A DNA stretch of 64,000 nt, taken from positions 62,001-126,000 of IMG/VR virus record IMGVR_UViG_3300024308_000016. One strand, 5' to 3'. Numbering within the stretch: position 1 is the first letter of the stretch; every line of letters starts with the position of its first letter. Shown in pieces: positions 19,655 through 28,761 of this stretch. Below the pieces are notes generated by a model. It was given only the letters and a program-made list of their open reading frames with translations, had not been told where the DNA came from and made no database searches. The position numbers were made by a program, and so were the translations under genes.

Positions 19655-20533
19655 TCAATCCGCCGGAGTCATCACGTACAGCGGGTAGCAGATGGCGTTG
19701 GTTGCGAATGCGTCCGTCAACGTGGCCTCCACCGCCGTCATGATGTACGGGCGTGCTCCGACAGGCGCTCGCAAGCGGTACAGTTTTCCGTCCTTTTGAG
19801 CCAGCACATAGTGGTTGGCATATGCGGGGATGGGCTGCTCCACCGAACGGATCATCCAGCCATTGAGGTTGGTGGGGCCGCCCGAGTTCTTGCTCCAGTA
19901 CTGCATGGCGTGGTCCAGATCCATCAGCTGGATCCGAAGACGAAATCCCTGGTATTCAAAGAAGACGCCGTCATTCAAGATGGATGCGACCGTTGTATCG
20001 AACGTCTGGCGCTGAGCAGCTGATGTGAATGTTCCGTACGTCATGAAGTCCGCTGGCATGAAGTACACCTTGCCACCGATGGTCAGCTTGGAGACCAGCG
20101 ATCCGTACTGACCGGGCACGATGGAGCTGGTGGTGCGGTTGAGTACAGTCAGTTGGGTGGACAGAGCCGAGAACAGCACCGAGTTCGACGCACCGAACAG
20201 ATCGGGCATGTTGGTAGCAGACGTGGCGTCCAGCATCCCTGACTCCATGGAGCCACGGGTGACATTGATGCCACCAGGACCAGCGGAGTTCACGTACTGG
20301 ATGGCGAGGATGGGCTTGGACTGCATGGTCCCCAGTGGAGTCAGGGACTCCACACCGTAGTAGTACACGGTGTCGGGTTGAATAGTCGTATCCTCGTAGT
20401 CCAGCGTCGTAGTGGCGAACTCCTGCAGCAGGTTGGCTGCGTCGAACAAGTTGGCCTTGGTGGCGCTTCGGTAAACCCGAAAGCCGGAGACGTTGCCGTT
20501 GTAGGCGTTCGCCCATTTGAGTTTGATAGACAT
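19655..20533 (-). CDS. virion tail/fibre protein, cassette 2 gene B
   Basis: FN3-like N-terminus (KLKW..FRVYRS..YYYGVE); AGPGG signature. Confidence 0.75.
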   Translation of the reverse strand: MSIKLKWANAYNGNVSGFRVYRSATKANLFDAANLLQEFATTTLDYEDTTIQPDTVYYYGVESLTPLGTMQSKPILAIQYVNSAGPGGINVTRGSMESGMLDATSATNMPDLFGASNSVLFSALSTQLTVLNRTTSSIVPGQYGSLVSKLTIGGKVYFMPADFMTYGTFTSAAQRQTFDTTVASILNDGVFFEYQGFRLRIQLMDLDHAMQYWSKNSGGPTNLNGWMIRSVEQPIPAYANHYVLAQKDGKLYRLRAPVGARPYIMTAVEATLTDAFATNAICYPLYVMTPAD

Positions 20534-20536
20534 TGT

Positions 20537-21535
20537 TTATTCCTCGATGAGTTGCAGCACAGGCCACAGAGCTGGAGCGCCACCATTACGCCACTTTGCT
20601 AGGATTTGGTCAGCGCTGCTCGAATTGTAGGTATTGACGATGTAGTAACCCTTCACCCAGTCGGCGACGATGGCGTAATTATGGTCGTAGACACCATACT
20701 CACACATCAGTGTCTCATTGGACTGAGGAAGGGCCTCAGCAGCAATGTACCTCATGAAGGTTACACCTTGAGCCCAGATCTGAGGAGTGACCGAACCCAC
20801 CTGGTTGCCAATGATGCAGCCTTGCATCATAGACTGGATGAGCTGGTTCATCTCGGTGTCGCGCTGCAGCGTCAGGGCCGCATTGTGTACACCGTTCCAG
20901 TTGTCTGGATATGCTCGGGGAGCACGCAAGTGAAAGCGGTCTATTCCCGCTGTCAAGATCTTGGTCTTGCGATAGGGGTTGTATTTGGCCGCCGAGATGT
21001 CGAAGTTCCAGTCCAGGCCAGAAGCAATACCAGGCACATTGGCCGCCCAGATGCCACCCAACCACGGATCGTAGTCGTTGTACGTGGTGGTCATGGGGAT
21101 AGAAGGCACATACATTATCTTGCCCTTGCGTACAAACTTGTACCACTTGAGCACAGCCATTGCGGCATTAGTCTTTCCACGCTCAAAGCCCAGAGCTGTC
21201 CACACATCAGGCAGCTCATAGCTGGGAACTTGGCCCATATAACCGAACTCGCTGTCGCCGGTGAGAATGTCTACGCCACCGGGACCTACACGGCGCAGGT
21301 TGGCTGTTACCGTTGGTCGCGAGAAGCTCGAGCCCAAAGGAGCGCGGATCTCCACCAAGTAGGCATACGTTTTGCCAGGTTCAGTGGTGTTGTCGACATA
21401 GGCGACGGCGTTAGAGTCCAGAGTAGCGATCGCTGTGCCTTTGCTGGCTTCAGTGATGGTGGTGCCCTCGTTACGGTAGATATACAGGGAGTTGCCAGGA
21501 GTGTTCTGGTTGCTCCATTTCAGATGGATAGCCAT
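20537..21535 (-). CDS. virion tail/fibre protein, cassette 2 gene A
   Basis: MAIHLKW; VGPGGVDILTGDSEFGYMGQV; ends WPVLQLIEE. Confidence 0.75.
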   Translation of the reverse strand: MAIHLKWSNQNTPGNSLYIYRNEGTTITEASKGTAIATLDSNAVAYVDNTTEPGKTYAYLVEIRAPLGSSFSRPTVTANLRRVGPGGVDILTGDSEFGYMGQVPSYELPDVWTALGFERGKTNAAMAVLKWYKFVRKGKIMYVPSIPMTTTYNDYDPWLGGIWAANVPGIASGLDWNFDISAAKYNPYRKTKILTAGIDRFHLRAPRAYPDNWNGVHNAALTLQRDTEMNQLIQSMMQGCIIGNQVGSVTPQIWAQGVTFMRYIAAEALPQSNETLMCEYGVYDHNYAIVADWVKGYYIVNTYNSSSADQILAKWRNGGAPALWPVLQLIEE

Positions 21536-21808
21536 GTCGTACCTCTTTATTCATTGCCGACGAAGATGCCGACCACATGATTCCGACCATAACCCTCTGA
21601 CCGCTCCCCGTAAAAGGAGCAGGCAGAGGTCAGGTATTATGCAGTATCCATGTCCTGATAAATGAAGGGTACAAACACCCCGCTGTCAGATAAATTTGGT
21701 AGCACGCGACTCTTAACTATGTTTCGGACCACAGTTGCAGAAGACAGGCTCAAGTCATCACTCCCGGGAATTTCGATATACAGCACTACTCTAATGAATG
21801 GAGGATTT

Positions 21809-22942
21809 ATGCAACTGTGGAACCGACATACGAGACCCAAGGACATCCAGGCGACCTATATCGGGCGCGGCACTCCTTGGGGCAACCCCTTCAAAGTAAC
21901 AGAGGAGCTCCCCCGAGGAGAGGCCGCCGCCGCTTATAAGAAAATGATCGCTGACAAGCTGGCAGTCGGTGATCGAGTGACTCGTCAGTTGGTCAGCGAT
22001 CTGGCAGGTGTGGACCACATCGAATGCTCGTGCGCACCCAAGCCCTGCCATGGGGATACCTTTGTGGAGATCTGGAACAATATCCGAGATCTGGGAAGTG
22101 ATGTGAAAGCCGGTATCCGTAAGTTCGTCAAAGAAAACGGCTACCCATATGGCCCAGATACCGATGGCTCGGACCATATCAACATCTACTCCAAGGCAGC
22201 CACCAGCCTAGGGAGGGCACTCACCAACATGAGCGCGATCCCTGTGGAGATCCCAGACCACGGCAAGTTCCCCAGTATGGAGAACTACTGGCACTGGCTG
22301 GCCACAGGCTGTCAGCATGAGCAGTTTCGTACGATCGGGCCCTTCGATGCCAAAAAGCTCTCCAAGACGCTCACTCGTGTTCCCCGAGATGACTTCCAAG
22401 AGTTGATCAAACAGGCTCTCATCCAGCGCTTTTACCAGGGCCCTCCGGCCCTTATCCGGGCATTTGTCAGATCTGAAAAGCCCCTGACCCACTACTACCA
22501 CTACGGCTCCGACGCTACTGTGATGTACACCTCCCATAACTGGTTGGTTGACTTCTTGACCGAGTACCGGGAGCAAAGAAAGAAGACCTGGTACAAGGTG
22601 GTCATCGCGGGCACTCGCAGGTTCACGGACTACTCATTGTTGCAGCAAGTGATTCAGGACTCCATGTATCCGATCACAGAAGTGGTCTCTGGTGCTGAGA
22701 AATCAGGAGTGGATGCCTTAGGCGAGCGCTATGCGGCGGACAACAACCTGCCTGTGCAAAGAGCGCCTGCCGACTGGGACACCCATGGGAGGGCAGCCGG
22801 CCATATCCGAAACGCCGAGATGGCCAAGTACGCAGACGCCGCTATTGTGATCTGCGTGAACCAGTCACCTGGATCTATGAACATGATCCAACAAATGAAA
22901 AAGCTCGGCAAACCGGTGCATGAGCATCACATCACGATGTGA
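21809..22942 (+). CDS. DUF4326 + NADAR-like + YspA-like SLOG three-domain protein
   Basis: YIGRGTPWGNPF..CSCAPKPCHGD (DUF4326); DHINIYSK..LGRALTN..GKFPSMENYW (NADAR-like); VVIAGTR..VVSGA..GVD..AAGHIRNAEM (SLOG); GGAGG before ATG 21809. Confidence 0.75.
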   Translation: MQLWNRHTRPKDIQATYIGRGTPWGNPFKVTEELPRGEAAAAYKKMIADKLAVGDRVTRQLVSDLAGVDHIECSCAPKPCHGDTFVEIWNNIRDLGSDVKAGIRKFVKENGYPYGPDTDGSDHINIYSKAATSLGRALTNMSAIPVEIPDHGKFPSMENYWHWLATGCQHEQFRTIGPFDAKKLSKTLTRVPRDDFQELIKQALIQRFYQGPPALIRAFVRSEKPLTHYYHYGSDATVMYTSHNWLVDFLTEYREQRKKTWYKVVIAGTRRFTDYSLLQQVIQDSMYPITEVVSGAEKSGVDALGERYAADNNLPVQRAPADWDTHGRAAGHIRNAEMAKYADAAIVICVNQSPGSMNMIQQMKKLGKPVHEHHITM

Positions 22943-22979
22943 CCACCAGCGACCCTTATGGGTCGCTGGGGTTCATCTG

Positions 22980-23017
22980 TTTGTAAAGATTTTTGGTCAC
23001 ATATACTCTACTTGAAG
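22980..23017 (+). promoter_or_regulatory. phage promoter copy P2
   Basis: TTTGTAA-N8-GGTCACATATACTCTACTTGAAG, preceded by hairpin 22945-22970. Confidence 0.75.
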
Positions 23018-23062
23018 CAAAGCGCTTCAGTTTGTTTGTTTCAAATAGAAAGGTATCCAAAC

Positions 23063-23413
23063 ATGAACCGTATATTCGACTTTCTGGTGCTCCCGCTTTT
23101 GGCCATCGCTGTGCTGGTTGGCATCTTCCTGTTGAGTGTGCAGTCACACGAATCATTCACCATCACTCCGGAGTGCGATGTCTATGCCAGCACGTACTTC
23201 AATGAGTATGCAGTTGACTTCTCGGCTGTTCGCACTGTCACGCGCTGGAACCACACAGCGCCGAACATGACAGGTGCCGATATCACGGCCCGCGTGCTGA
23301 TCGATGGCCGTATCAAGCAGTTCAAGGAAACCTACGCCCGTGAGGAAGCCGATGAACTGATGGCCCACTTTGCTGCTTGTCGTCTGAAGCAACAAGCCAA
23401 ACTTCTGAAGTAA
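23063..23413 (+). CDS. membrane-anchored or secreted two-Cys protein, paralog 1
   Basis: Hydrophobic N-terminus; FTITPEC...HFAAC; AATAGAAAG at 23044. Confidence 0.7.
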   Translation: MNRIFDFLVLPLLAIAVLVGIFLLSVQSHESFTITPECDVYASTYFNEYAVDFSAVRTVTRWNHTAPNMTGADITARVLIDGRIKQFKETYAREEADELMAHFAACRLKQQAKLLK

Positions 23414-23431
23414 ATAGAAAGGGATTCCAAA

Positions 23432-23833
23432 ATGAAGACTGCAGCTCAACTCATCCAAGAGTACATCGCCTCCAAGATCATGGCCAGCGAGAACCCGGAC
23501 ATCGAGATCATCGAGCGTCTACGTTTGTTTGCTCCGGATGACGGCATCACCGTGACCCAAGCCTGGGGTCAGGAAAGTCTCCGGCCATTCCTCGAAAAGG
23601 AAAAGCACTGGGTGGTGATGCTCTCTCCAACGCTCTCGCCTTACATGTTCGCTTACCGCAAGCTGCCCATAAACGCGCTCGCGATCTTCAGTGAGCGGGA
23701 CTTCACCCGTGTTGCCACCGACGGCCGCAACTTCGTGCGCAAAGCTATGGTGATTGGTCCGTCGATGGAAGGATTGAACCTGATCAACACGCTGGTTCGG
23801 ATGGGCAACCCTATCGCGAACCCCAAGCCCTAA
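23432..23833 (+). CDS. hypothetical protein
   Basis: AATAGAAAG at 23413. Confidence 0.75.
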   Translation: MKTAAQLIQEYIASKIMASENPDIEIIERLRLFAPDDGITVTQAWGQESLRPFLEKEKHWVVMLSPTLSPYMFAYRKLPINALAIFSERDFTRVATDGRNFVRKAMVIGPSMEGLNLINTLVRMGNPIANPKP

Positions 23834-23852
23834 ATAGAAAGCCCTCGTTATC

Positions 23853-24530
23853 ATGACTAAGATCGAAGAACTGCGAAAGGTATTTGCGAGCCGTCTGTTG
23901 ACCGCTCCTATCACCACGACCCCTCATGTCCTGCTCACATTGGACGAAGACAACAAGAACTACATGTTTATCCGTCGCGCTACTCCTAATAGTGCCAGGA
24001 GCTCATGCGGTAACGTTCGGATGCAGCAGCACTCAGTGCAGCTGATGGAGTTTCTCAAGCGTACGGGCAAAAAGCTCAACGACCCGAGTATCTCCGTTCG
24101 CATGGACATCGGCGTGACGTTTGAGGACCTTTTGCCGTACCTGACCGGGTATGGACGGTTCGCGACGTACCGTAGCTCCAAGGTCAAGGGGTCACCAGCT
24201 TCGATCGAGTCGACGATGACGATCTTTCAGCTTACCCACAAGAGCACCCAGCTGAGGTACTACTTGGGGCGCAATGACCGCATCAAGGAGCGCACGATGA
24301 GTCGCATCATCGGCCCAATGAAGCAAAACATCCTGGGCCGTATCAAAACGGCCGACCTATCACTGCATGCGGTGGCCTACGAGATCCTCAAAGGTCAGGG
24401 GGTCGACGCCTGGGACATCAAGATCTACGACAAGGACGTCCCTGCTGAGGACTCCTTGTGCACGGTCAGTGAACTCAACGGCGAGGCCAACTGTCACAAC
24501 CTCGCTATCTTGCAACTGTTTCATACTTAA
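23853..24530 (+). CDS. hypothetical protein with possible degenerate GIY-YIG domain
   Basis: AATAGAAAG at 23833; TIFQLTHKSTQLRYYLGRNDRIKER resembles the GIY-YIG core. Confidence 0.55.
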   Translation: MTKIEELRKVFASRLLTAPITTTPHVLLTLDEDNKNYMFIRRATPNSARSSCGNVRMQQHSVQLMEFLKRTGKKLNDPSISVRMDIGVTFEDLLPYLTGYGRFATYRSSKVKGSPASIESTMTIFQLTHKSTQLRYYLGRNDRIKERTMSRIIGPMKQNILGRIKTADLSLHAVAYEILKGQGVDAWDIKIYDKDVPAEDSLCTVSELNGEANCHNLAILQLFHT

Positions 24531-24539
24531 AGATCCTCC

Positions 24540-24782
24540 ATGAACGCTATCTCCTTGCCAGTGAGCGATGATTTCATCCTCCTGATAATCCCTCTGGTGC
24601 TAGTGACTGCACTTATCTATGTCTGGGTCTTCGACAGTGACCAAGAGGCCGAGTACCCGGATGTACCCATCTACGTGCAGATGGTCGATGGCATGCTGCG
24701 CATCTTCACCTCTTTGGCCACAGCCGGCTGGATCGCCATCATGATCGTACTCGCTGGCAAGGTTATCAAGTACGTCCTCTAA
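24540..24782 (+). CDS. small two-TM membrane protein
   Basis: Two hydrophobic stretches. Confidence 0.7.
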   Translation: MNAISLPVSDDFILLIIPLVLVTALIYVWVFDSDQEAEYPDVPIYVQMVDGMLRIFTSLATAGWIAIMIVLAGKVIKYVL

Positions 24783-24799
24783 TAGAAAGGTTTCTTATC

Positions 24800-25291
24800 A
24801 TGAACCGCCGTATCAAGCGCGCAGCTGCCATGGGCCGTCGTATCTACAACGCTTATGTTGCTCGCGACAAGGCCAGCTGGGATCACTTTGACTCGCTCAT
24901 CGAAGCGCGCAAGCGTATTATAGGCTATATCCTTGTCAACACAGGTGACACCCAGATGTGGGGCTACAGCTGGGGCCTGTGGGAGACCCATGGCTTTGAA
25001 GTGTTTTGCCCGGAGATGCCGCCCGTGTTCGGGGCCTTCGTCAACCACGCCATCGCGCAGATCAAAGATCGCAGGCTGACCGAGGATCCCAACATGATCC
25101 CCAGGAACCCAGAAGAAAAACGCGCCATCTGTCTGCTCACCAAGAGCCAAGGCCACGAGTTGCCGGTCAATGTGCATCTGCTGCGTGGTGACGACCGAGG
25201 CCGCGCGATGAGTCAGATGAACGTCTTCAAGCGCAACACCAATCGCAAGCAGCGCCAAGGCGTCAAGATCTTCATGATCACACCCGCATAA
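24800..25291 (+). CDS. hypothetical protein
   Basis: AATAGAAAG at 24781. Confidence 0.75.
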   Translation: MNRRIKRAAAMGRRIYNAYVARDKASWDHFDSLIEARKRIIGYILVNTGDTQMWGYSWGLWETHGFEVFCPEMPPVFGAFVNHAIAQIKDRRLTEDPNMIPRNPEEKRAICLLTKSQGHELPVNVHLLRGDDRGRAMSQMNVFKRNTNRKQRQGVKIFMITPA

Positions 25292-25380
25292 GGTCACCTG
25301 ACCCAAGCCCCCGCAACTATGGAGGCTTGACTCAGGACTCTTAACTCCTGAAACCCGCCCCTACACACCGAGAAATTACC

Positions 25381-25608
25381 ATGATCACTATTACTATCGT
25401 TACCCTGGTCATCGCGACTGCCCTTGCCTTTACTTATGTCCTCATCACCAACAAGGAACTCATCAACCAAATCTACGATACTACGGACTTCTCTGACTCG
25501 GCATCTCTGGGCAAGTTTGCCTTGGTGTCAGTGGGCGCTGCCTCGTCTATCACTACGTACGCAGTGATCGCGATCATCGCCATCTTCCAAATCTCGCGTT
25601 GGATCTAA
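25381..25608 (+). CDS. small two-TM membrane protein
   Basis: Two hydrophobic stretches; GAGAAA upstream. Confidence 0.65.
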   Translation: MITITIVTLVIATALAFTYVLITNKELINQIYDTTDFSDSASLGKFALVSVGAASSITTYAVIAIIAIFQISRWI

Positions 25609-25609
25609 T

Positions 25610-26011
25610 ATGAAAGTTCAAAAGCTCATGGACGTCTTCTTGTGGACGTTCATAGCCGTTATGATGACGGCTGGCCCATTTTTACCGCTTCTTTTTGTGT
25701 TCTACATCTTCAGCGAAGAGACCGCGATAGTGGGCCCCAGGCTTGCTATCGCGTATCTGGGTCCTTTCTTTTTTATGGTGATGGCAGGGTACTTGTACTT
25801 TGACATCACAAAGAAGTTCGACGAGATAGGTCCATTATTTGCCTACGTGAGATCTTTGCCCTCAGCGTGTGCTGTCGCTGGAATCATCTTCTTGAGCACC
25901 TTCAGCTATAACCTATCTCAATATGTAAGGAGTTCGAATGTCAGCAGCGTTTATCATCCTCCAGATGCAACGCGAACGCCGGCGCCGCCAGCGCGAGGAG
26001 GAAGAGGCTGA
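25610..26011 (+). CDS. three-TM membrane protein
   Basis: Three hydrophobic stretches; starts right after the upstream stop. Confidence 0.6.
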   Translation: MKVQKLMDVFLWTFIAVMMTAGPFLPLLFVFYIFSEETAIVGPRLAIAYLGPFFFMVMAGYLYFDITKKFDEIGPLFAYVRSLPSACAVAGIIFLSTFSYNLSQYVRSSNVSSVYHPPDATRTPAPPARGGRG

Positions 26012-26603
26012 GGAGCGAGCCCGTAAAAGCCGTCAACGGCCCGCGGACGAGTGCGCAAGGCGCTCGACAGCATCAGAGCCATCTGTTCCATCGATGGAAT
26101 ACCCCATAGGCGGAGGCGGTGAGTGCTCCTTCGGCATGGCGACTCAGCGTCCAGAGTGGTTGATCGAGACTGCTCGGGAATCCATCTTGGCCTCGACGGG
26201 ATTGCTCGAGGCCTATTATCGTGAACTGTTTGAAGAACGTGAAAAGGAGAAAGAAAGAATGAAGCGACGTGTTACCAACTTTTGGCGCAGCCTGATAGCT
26301 GGTGCCATGTGCCTGGGGATCGTGGGAGCGCATGCCGCGTCCTCATCTGCCACCATCAGCGATAACTGCGCTGTTCACTGGAAGGACGGTAAGGGCACGG
26401 AGTTCGTGTTCATGACCGGGATGCTGGAGGCGGTGAAGATCGAGAAACCCAACCTCCAAGGCTGGCAGACGGTCACGCTCATCGTGCCTCAGCACTCCCA
26501 GATGACGACGTCCGCTGTGGGCATGTGGCCCGAAGACGCCGTCGCTTTCCGCAACCGTTACATGGCCTGCTCCGGCATGGCCCTTCCGAAAGGTTTCAAA
26601 TGA
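25938..26603 (+). CDS. charged N-terminal region fused to secreted two-Cys paralog 2 (internal start at 26259)
   Basis: TAAGGAG before 25938; second RBS AAGGAG/AGAAAG before MKRRVT signal peptide; TISDNC...RYMACSG. Confidence 0.65.
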   Translation: MSAAFIILQMQRERRRRQREEEEAEERARKSRQRPADECARRSTASEPSVPSMEYPIGGGGECSFGMATQRPEWLIETARESILASTGLLEAYYRELFEEREKEKERMKRRVTNFWRSLIAGAMCLGIVGAHAASSSATISDNCAVHWKDGKGTEFVFMTGMLEAVKIEKPNLQGWQTVTLIVPQHSQMTTSAVGMWPEDAVAFRNRYMACSGMALPKGFK

Positions 26604-26950
26604 AAGCAGTTCCTAACTGGGTCATCATCGTGCTAGCGATGGTGCTGGGCCTGATGATCGCAAATACGGCCGAGGCCTTCGAGCGTACGCAGTTTCGGGC
26701 AGCTTCGGTGGAGATCACCAAAAACTGTATGCTGCGCATCTTCTACGAGGACAACCTCGATGTGCGCACCACCAACGTCACCTGGATCGAGTCTATCCGC
26801 ACCGTCCCCATGAAGTCAGGGATGTTGAAGGTGGAAGTGGACTTTGTGGCGGCGTCTACCTTCCAAAGTCCGGTCGCCGTGATGCCAGCAGTCGATGTTC
26901 AGCGGCTGGTGGAACGCTTTAGCCGCTGCTCTGGACTGGAACTCAAATAG
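26600..26950 (+). CDS. secreted two-Cys protein, paralog 3
   Basis: Signal peptide ending AEA; EITKNC...RFSRCSG. Confidence 0.75.
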   Translation: MKAVPNWVIIVLAMVLGLMIANTAEAFERTQFRAASVEITKNCMLRIFYEDNLDVRTTNVTWIESIRTVPMKSGMLKVEVDFVAASTFQSPVAVMPAVDVQRLVERFSRCSGLELK

Positions 26951-26960
26951 AAAGCCTTCA

Positions 26961-27512
26961 ATGTCTCAATCTTTCCAAGATCAAATCTATACGCTTCATA
27001 CGGACTACTTCCTGGTCCGGATCGTCGAACATCCGTCGATCTCTGCTGGACAGACATTTCTGGACAGCATTGCCGATGGGTTTAGTCGGCGCTTCACTGT
27101 ACCACCGGTGAAGGTGTCCGGGAACTTCGACAAGTTTGAAGTGCGGATGGACATCGGCAAGTCAATCATCGTCATGCTCCATGGTGACGTCAACACCAAT
27201 ACCCTGAAAGTGGTCGTGTTCGCTAAAAAGAGCGACCCGATCGCCCATTATGCTGGCTTTCTGGGGTATGTCTACGAAGGTATTCGTGGTGTGGTGGGAC
27301 CATCCTTCTTCATCCTGGCTGATATCGTCGACAATAACAGCTACGTCCGGCATGTCCGTAACCAAAACGAGATGATCGATCTGTGCGGCTTTTGGTCCAT
27401 CTCAGACTTCGGGGACGTCGAGCGTCACGTATATCCCTGCTATGCGGTGTATGCGCCGAGCGTGGAGGAGTCACCGATCATCGTCTTCTCGCCTCACAGG
27501 CCGAACCTTTAA
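26961..27512 (+). CDS. hypothetical protein
   Basis: AATAGAAAG at 26946. Confidence 0.7.
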   Translation: MSQSFQDQIYTLHTDYFLVRIVEHPSISAGQTFLDSIADGFSRRFTVPPVKVSGNFDKFEVRMDIGKSIIVMLHGDVNTNTLKVVVFAKKSDPIAHYAGFLGYVYEGIRGVVGPSFFILADIVDNNSYVRHVRNQNEMIDLCGFWSISDFGDVERHVYPCYAVYAPSVEESPIIVFSPHRPNL

Positions 27513-27521
27513 AGAGTTTTT

Positions 27522-27869
27522 ATGCACCCCTCTCTGAACATCCTGCGACGCGCAGTGATCGCCTCCATCGCGGCGGCGGTAGTATGTACCGGCTCTCTTG
27601 TCTCAGCCGCTGGCAACGTCGAAGACATCGAAGTCAACCGCAACTGCTTCGTGCTGTACCACAACGGCACGGACACGTACATCTACGGCGCCGGTACGTT
27701 CAACTATGTGAACGTCTACCCTGGCCGTGCCACGGATACGTACGTGATGAAGTTTTCCCATCACGCTCGTGACATCTCCCTGACGGTGTCGCGGCAAAAG
27801 GCCAAGGAAGTGCTGGACCGCTACTACGCGTGCTCCGGGATGGAGCTGGACAAGAAGGTTTTCCCATGA
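27522..27869 (+). CDS. secreted two-Cys protein, paralog 4
   Basis: Signal peptide; EVNRNC...RYYACSG. Confidence 0.75.
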   Translation: MHPSLNILRRAVIASIAAAVVCTGSLVSAAGNVEDIEVNRNCFVLYHNGTDTYIYGAGTFNYVNVYPGRATDTYVMKFSHHARDISLTVSRQKAKEVLDRYYACSGMELDKKVFP

Positions 27870-28300
27870 ACCGAGCTGACATCCATCTCAACGGCGTAGA
27901 CCTCGTGGAATTCGCCTCCGACGATCCCGCTACTCCGGCGTGCGTGGTCAAATGCCGCAAGCTCATTGCTCGCCATCTGAAGACCTTCAACAAGGTGGTA
28001 GTCAGCGAGCCCTCCGTTCGCTTTGCCTGGGTCGGCCGCAACTGCATTGGCTTTACGGTCGTCGCTGATATCGAGTACTTCGACGTCACACTCAACTACG
28101 ATCTGTCGGGCATGATCGTATTCGAGGGCGAATGGAAGATCATTGCGGGGCCTCAGGTCAATCCCGAGACGTTTGAGCCCTATCCAGGTCAACCCCTGCT
28201 TCGCCCCTCGGTTGAGGACGTGCGAGCGGTGGCTGAGACCTACCAAAAGCTGTTCGAGCGCCAGCTGCGCAAAGAGCGCACCATCGTTGCAAGGAGGTAG
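27866..28300 (+). CDS. hypothetical protein
   Basis: ATGA coupling. Confidence 0.7.
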   Translation: MNRADIHLNGVDLVEFASDDPATPACVVKCRKLIARHLKTFNKVVVSEPSVRFAWVGRNCIGFTVVADIEYFDVTLNYDLSGMIVFEGEWKIIAGPQVNPETFEPYPGQPLLRPSVEDVRAVAETYQKLFERQLRKERTIVARR

Positions 28301-28302
28301 CT

Positions 28303-28701
28303 ATGAGCTTTATGGCCAATGGGCCGATCTATATCTATGAAAAGCCTGATCCTCCCGGAGACCTGAGCTCCACAGTGGAACGGATCAAGGAGTTGATCGT
28401 TCGCCACATTCTTACCAACGATGTGGATCTGAACCCTCAGCACCTGCGCCTGACTTGGATGGGGCACAAGATGCTGGGGTTTGCTTACCTTCACGAAGAC
28501 CAATTGCAGGTGGCGTACAGTGGCTACTTGGTGCATACGCCGACAGGCTGGAAGATGAATGAAGGTAAGCCCTGCTCTCGGTTCAGCTTTGAGCCTCCCC
28601 AGGACATGCACACGGAAGCCTCTGACGAAGCCGACTTGGGCAAGCTTTACAACGCGCTGTTCGCAGCTGAGCTGCACGACCGCCTCGATAAGGCCATCTG
28701 A
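28303..28701 (+). CDS. hypothetical protein
   Basis: AAGGAGG upstream. Confidence 0.7.
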   Translation: MSFMANGPIYIYEKPDPPGDLSSTVERIKELIVRHILTNDVDLNPQHLRLTWMGHKMLGFAYLHEDQLQVAYSGYLVHTPTGWKMNEGKPCSRFSFEPPQDMHTEASDEADLGKLYNALFAAELHDRLDKAI

Positions 28702-28716
28702 CTGGCCGCATAGATA

Positions 28717-28754
28717 CCACTATCCTCGATGCCTTTGGGCATCGAGGATAGTGG
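28717..28754. terminator. long hairpin between convergent genes
   Basis: CCACTATCCTCGATGCC-TTTG-GGCATCGAGGATAGTGG, 17 bp stem. Confidence 0.75.
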
Positions 28755-28761
28755 AGTTTGC

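Noticed and set aside
1778-21535. Diversity-generating retroelement or invertible tail switch
   Set aside because: No reverse transcriptase, recombinase, template/variable repeat pair or flanking inverted repeats noticed; cassettes are too diverged
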